A DNA stretch of 64,000 nt, from the NCBI GenBank assembly GCA_047285305.1, contig JBJBDL010000003.1:1280001-1344000 (forward strand). The letters run 5' to 3'. The translations under genes were made by a program, and so were the position numbers. Below are positions 60,424 to 64,000 of this stretch, piece after piece (position 1 is the first letter of the stretch; each line of letters opens with the position of its first letter). The notes under the pieces were generated by a model. That model was given only the letters and a program-made list of their open reading frames with translations. It searched no databases and was not told the origin of the DNA. Source of the stretch: Synechococcus sp. Lineage in GTDB: Bacteria; Cyanobacteriota; Cyanobacteriia; PCC-6307; Cyanobiaceae.

Positions 60424-60723
60424 ATGCAGGCCCTGCGTTTGTTGCTGCTCACCCTGATGGCGCCTGTCGCCTCTGCCACCACTTCGTTTCAGCCCTTGGA
60501 TCGGGTGGAGGGTTGGTTGATCGAGCGACGTTTGGACGCAAACCAGGATCCGATCTGCCGTGCATCTGTGCCAGGACCTGGCACCTGGTTCTCGGCACGG
60601 GTTCATCTGGATGCGGACGACGAGATGGTGGTGCCTGCAGGGCTGCATCGGCCGGACGAAACGAGGCTGGAGGCTGTGCGTGATGCGCTCCGGCGTTGTC
60701 GCGCCAGTGTTCTTTATCTGTAG
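60424..60723 (+). CDS. Conserved exported hypothetical protein
   Basis: Signal peptide; WLIERR, CRAS.PG.GTWFS.R, AL.RCR.S.LYL. Confidence 0.7.
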   Translation: MQALRLLLLTLMAPVASATTSFQPLDRVEGWLIERRLDANQDPICRASVPGPGTWFSARVHLDADDEMVVPAGLHRPDETRLEAVRDALRRCRASVLYL

Positions 60724-60781
60724 CGGATAAAGCTTTGTGGCTTGGAACGCTGCTGATCTGAAATCGAGCTATGAAATCAAG

Positions 60782-60850
60782 GTCGGCAGTTCCAAAATCG
60801 TCGACTCCTCACACCACCCGAGCCTCCGCTAAGCGCGGGGGCTTTTTTTT
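60782..60850 (+). ncRNA. Yfr1-family small RNA
   Basis: 5' hairpin GTCGGC...GTCGAC, undecamer ACTCCTCACAC at 60804-60814, GC hairpin and T8 terminator. Confidence 0.8.
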
Positions 60851-60931
60851 GCTTGATCCCGAAAAGCACCTTTCGATTTTGTGCTCAGCAAATGTTTTGC
60901 GGTTGTGATGTTTTTAACCGCTAGATCTCTG

Positions 60932-61117
60932 ATGTACTGCATCGAGAGGCTTGATACAGGAGGGCAGTGGATCCAGGAGATCTGCTTTAAAACGGAGTTC
61001 AAAGCCTTTGTGAATGCCCGCACCAAATCGCGCGCCACGTTGAAGACCTATCGCGTGGTGCATGCCACCTGGAATCAGGTGGTCACCGTTGTGCAGGGAT
61101 CAGCTGAACCCCATTGA
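60932..61117 (+). CDS. Small hypothetical protein (paralog of 61228-61440)
   Basis: R-x6-W-x2-E-x6-F-x-A-F-x2-AR-x9-Y-x2-V. Confidence 0.65.
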   Translation: MYCIERLDTGGQWIQEICFKTEFKAFVNARTKSRATLKTYRVVHATWNQVVTVVQGSAEPH

Positions 61118-61227
61118 TCTGCCTTGCTTCGGCTTTTCCCGAGCCGTTGCGATCCCGAAGACTTCAAGGCTCTTTCTTGGATGTGAAATGTCCTGAGCCA
61201 TAACCGGTGGCCCATGCGCCTGTGGGC

Positions 61228-61440
61228 ATGATCCTCACGCGGTATCTCAGCAGTGAAGGTTGGGTGGAGGAGTGTTCCCATGCCAACGCTTTTGATGCCT
61301 ACATCGACGCAAGGCGACGTTGCGTGCTCCGAGGCTGCCCCTATCTGCTGGTGGATGCAGAGACCGGCAGCGCGGTCTCAGTGCTCACGGTGAAACAGTG
61401 TTTGCATCAGTACGGTGTCGAGGGGGATTTTCTGGCGTGA
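61228..61440 (+). CDS. Small hypothetical protein (paralog of 60932-61117)
   Basis: Same ungapped motif with AY in place of AF. Confidence 0.65.
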   Translation: MILTRYLSSEGWVEECSHANAFDAYIDARRRCVLRGCPYLLVDAETGSAVSVLTVKQCLHQYGVEGDFLA

Positions 61441-61496
61441 TCGCTTCAGGGGACCGACGCAAGAGCCGGCAAGATGGCGGTTGTTGAACCCTCCCG

Positions 61497-62162
61497 ATGG
61501 CGACGTTTCTGGTCACCGGCGCAAACCGTGGGATCGGCTTGGAATACTGCAGGCAGCTAAAGGCCCGTGGCGATGACGTGGTGGCCGTTTGCCGTCAAAC
61601 CAGTGATGAACTGGAGTGCCTGGGGGTGCGGGTGGAAGCCGGCCTTGAGTTGAGCGACAGCCAAGCCATTGATGACTTGGTGCAGCGTCTGGATGGTTTG
61701 CCTCTCGATGGCGTCATCCTCAATGCCGGGATTTTGCAGTCGATGGGCCTGATGGATTTGGATCCCTCCGGGATTTGCCGCCAGTTTGAGGTGAATGCCC
61801 TTGCGCCCTTGATGCTGGCCAGGGCGTTGGTGGATCAGATGCCCAGCGGAGCCAAGTTGGTGCTGATGACCAGCCGCATGGGCTCCATCGACGACAACAG
61901 CTCGGGAGGTTCCTATGGCTATCGGATGTCGAAAGTGGCCCTCAACATGGCCGGAAAATCGTTGGCGATTGATCTGGAATCGCGGGGTATCGCTGTGGCG
62001 ATTTTGCATCCCGGATTGGTTCGCACCCGCATGATTCGCTTCAATCCCAGCGGGATCCCCCCCGAGCAGTCGGTGAAGGGTCTGCTGGCACGGATCGATG
62101 GCTTGACCATGGCCACCAGCGGCAGCTTCTGGCATGCCAATGGTGAGTTATTGCCGTGGTGA
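61497..62162 (+). CDS. Short-chain dehydrogenase/reductase (CsgA-like)
   Basis: TGANRGIG, NAGI, SRMGSI, YRMSK, HPGLV.T. Confidence 0.93.
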   Translation: MATFLVTGANRGIGLEYCRQLKARGDDVVAVCRQTSDELECLGVRVEAGLELSDSQAIDDLVQRLDGLPLDGVILNAGILQSMGLMDLDPSGICRQFEVNALAPLMLARALVDQMPSGAKLVLMTSRMGSIDDNSSGGSYGYRMSKVALNMAGKSLAIDLESRGIAVAILHPGLVRTRMIRFNPSGIPPEQSVKGLLARIDGLTMATSGSFWHANGELLPW

Positions 62163-62177
62163 GACAGGAGACATGCT

Positions 62178-62963
62178 TTGGGCTTTGATCCGCGTCAGTG
62201 GTCAGGCGGACGCCCTGAACAACGGGTCACCAGCAATGTTGAGGCGTTGCTGGCGGAGAACGACGCTTTGCGTCGCGAGGTGTTGCGGCTCAACCGTGAG
62301 TTGGAGCGACTGCAACGTCAGCAACGCCAACGCATTCGTACGGAGCCCAGATCCCATCGTCCCTGGAGTGAGCCATCGGCACAAGCTCCACCGCGTATCA
62401 GCGGCCAACAGGTGCGGGCCTGGGGGCAGGCCCTCGCTCAGCAGCCGGGATGGACGGCACTGCGTCAGCGCGGATTGGAGCTGTTGATTGAGCAGCTCAA
62501 CCGCAGCGGTTTCCCTGCCCACTTAAACCTTGAACAGCGGTTGGATCGGTTGGTTCGAGGGCTTGGAACAGATCTCATGGCGGCGGTGGGACCCAAGCCG
62601 AATAAGCAAACAACGGCCGTTCTGGCGGCGTTTGCCGTGTTTGGGGTTCGCGCCAGTGAATGGCTGGATGAGGATCCAAAGCGTGTGGTGGAGCAGCTGC
62701 GTCAGCATCAGGATCAATCAGGTTCCAGACGGCAGGGTCGCCGCACCCGAACGGACCAACGTCAAACGGATCGTCAGGATGATGGCTATGCCCGTGATCC
62801 ACGCAGTGCAGCTTTAAGGGTGTTGGGCTTGGATGCCAACGCGTCCCTCGCTGAGATCAAGCAGGCGCATCGAAAACTGGTGAAGCAGCACCATCCCGAT
62901 CTCGGTGGTTCTGCTGAGGCGTTTCGACGCGTCAATGAGGCGTATCAGTCGTTGGTTCAGTAA
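62178..62963 (+). CDS. DnaJ-domain protein (C-terminal J domain)
   Basis: VLGL...AS..EIK.AHRKLVKQHHPDLGG..EAF..VNEAY; N-terminal coiled coil. Confidence 0.88.
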   Translation: MGFDPRQWSGGRPEQRVTSNVEALLAENDALRREVLRLNRELERLQRQQRQRIRTEPRSHRPWSEPSAQAPPRISGQQVRAWGQALAQQPGWTALRQRGLELLIEQLNRSGFPAHLNLEQRLDRLVRGLGTDLMAAVGPKPNKQTTAVLAAFAVFGVRASEWLDEDPKRVVEQLRQHQDQSGSRRQGRRTRTDQRQTDRQDDGYARDPRSAALRVLGLDANASLAEIKQAHRKLVKQHHPDLGGSAEAFRRVNEAYQSLVQ

Positions 62964-63041
62964 GGCCTTGGTTCGATAACGCGGCCTTTGCCGTGTTGAT
63001 CGGTCTTGTCCGATGATCTAGGACAGCAACAGGTGGTGTTG

Positions 63042-63161
63042 ATGCCGGTGGAAGTTGGTGTGGTGCTGATTGGTTCTGGCTTTGCCGTGGGAGTGTCCCT
63101 CGCCGTCGCAGTTTGGTTTGAACGTTGGAAGGAAAAACAGCCAGATCCTGAAGGCAAATGA
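63042..63161 (+). CDS. 39-aa single-TM protein
   Basis: MPVEVGVVLIGSGFAVGVSLAVAVWFERWKEKQPDPEGK*. Confidence 0.45.
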   Translation: MPVEVGVVLIGSGFAVGVSLAVAVWFERWKEKQPDPEGK

Positions 63162-63167
63162 GCCATG

Positions 63168-63192
63168 AAAAAGCCCCGCCGAGGCGGGGCTT
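63168..63192 (-). terminator. Terminator of the DUF4278 peptide gene
   Basis: A5 run then the GCCCCGCC-ga-GGCGGGGC hairpin. Confidence 0.75.
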
Positions 63193-63214
63193 GCAAGAGG
63201 TCGTCATGCTGATG

Positions 63215-63319
63215 TCATCGGGCGACTTTCTTACCGCAATAAACAAGAACTTGGCGCTGAACGTTGGATGCAGCAGCGTTGTTCTGGTTGTACTTCTGGC
63301 CGCGATAGGTAAGGGTCAT
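63215..63319 (-). CDS. DUF4278 family peptide (34 aa)
   Basis: MTLTYRGQKYNQNNAAASNVQRQVLVYCGKKVAR*; LTYRG..Y motif; GAGGA RBS upstream. Confidence 0.8.
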   Translation of the reverse strand: MTLTYRGQKYNQNNAAASNVQRQVLVYCGKKVAR

Positions 63320-63339
63320 GATGGGTTCCTCGAAGCAAC

Positions 63340-63398
63340 CTCAGGTCCCCGTTCCATGGCCTGAGTCAAACTGCGCCTCGCCGAAAACGCAGTGAACG
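63340..63398 (-). promoter_or_regulatory. Glutamine riboswitch class II (Downstream-peptide RNA motif)
   Basis: Minus strand CGTTCA-CTGCG..CGCAG-TTTGA-CTCAGG-CCATGGAACG-GGGA-CCTGAG: P1 CGTTC/GAACG, P2 and pseudoknot CTCAGG/CCTGAG, directly 5' of the DUF4278 ORF. Confidence 0.88.
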
Positions 63399-63405
63399 TG
63401 ATTGC

Positions 63406-63419
63406 GTAGCAGTTGCTAC
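63406..63419. promoter_or_regulatory. NtcA binding site
   Basis: GTA-GCAGTTGC-TAC, an exact GTA-N8-TAC, 7 bp upstream of the riboswitch. Confidence 0.75.
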
Positions 63420-63822
63420 AAATTTTTTGTAGGGGTGGCGACAATCCACGTGTCGATTGTGCTTTTAAGAACAAGAATTCTGTTGGCTCAGATTGTTTGA
63501 TTCCGGCCTTCAAGTGCTTCAAGCGCTTTTGGGTGGTGTGTGCACCGGGCGTGGCTTGAGTTGTGGTGCTTTCTGGGTCATCACAGCTGAAGGTGAATTG
63601 ATTTGATTCTGTCGCCGCTTGATTGGTCGGAATGATGGATCGGCTACCGATCACGAGGTTTTTGCGCTGATCGCTCTGGATCGGACTCAAAGCTTCCATT
63701 AATTCGTTGTTCTACTGAACAGTTCTGCTGCGATTAAGTGATCCTTGATGCTTACTCAGTGTGAAGCTCATGGCGCCGAAGGACGCCATCCGTACGGTGT
63801 GGGCAGGTTAGTTTTCGCGGTC

Positions 63823-64000
63823 ATGAACAGCTCTCAGAGCAAGGATGATTGGGTGAAGGCGCAGCAGCATAAGTTCCATAAACCCATTGATGTCGACACC
63901 TTGATGTGGGTGCGCAATCGCTTGATGCGCTTGGAAGTGGAGGCCCGTTGGGCCGACCGCATCTGTGTATTTGAAGAGTTTTTCCCCAACGACGCGATCA
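63823..64000 (+). CDS. Small protein of the W-x3-R...D...EF family (3' truncated)
   Basis: MNSSQSKDDW...WVRNRLMRLEVEARWADRICVFEEF; runs off the window edge. Confidence 0.55.
   Translation, partial: MNSSQSKDDWVKAQQHKFHKPIDVDTLMWVRNRLMRLEVEARWADRICVFEEFFPNDAI

Overview
GC-rich marine picocyanobacterial DNA, most likely Synechococcus judging from the protein sequences and gene order. Positions 1 to about 44.3 kb are core genome: trpA, cyAbrB, two cytochrome c6-like genes, a group-2 sigma factor, hisIE, queD, clpB, petE, hemE, glgB, tamB, ROK kinase, proA, folB, prlC, ndhD, thrB, glk, thrS, trpS, a CDF transporter and psbA (Q130, D1:1 type). From psbA to the end is an island-like region packed with very small genes, many below the 60-aa cutoff of the ORF track. 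Highlights read from the sequence: a tandem pair of NblA-like micro-proteins; an NtcA box, glutamine (Downstream-peptide) riboswitch and DUF4278 peptide cassette; a Yfr1-type sRNA outside its usual locus; three small paralogous micro-protein families; a DUF2130 (PD-(D/E)xK-like) gene coupled to a phage-type Cys-rich gene; a D1 with an unusual M331Q next to the Mn ligand H332; two Nif11-domain genes beside cytochrome c6 genes; and two genes broken by in-frame stops. No tRNA, rRNA, CRISPR array, transposase or integrase was seen. All family calls come from motif recognition by eye, not from database searches.
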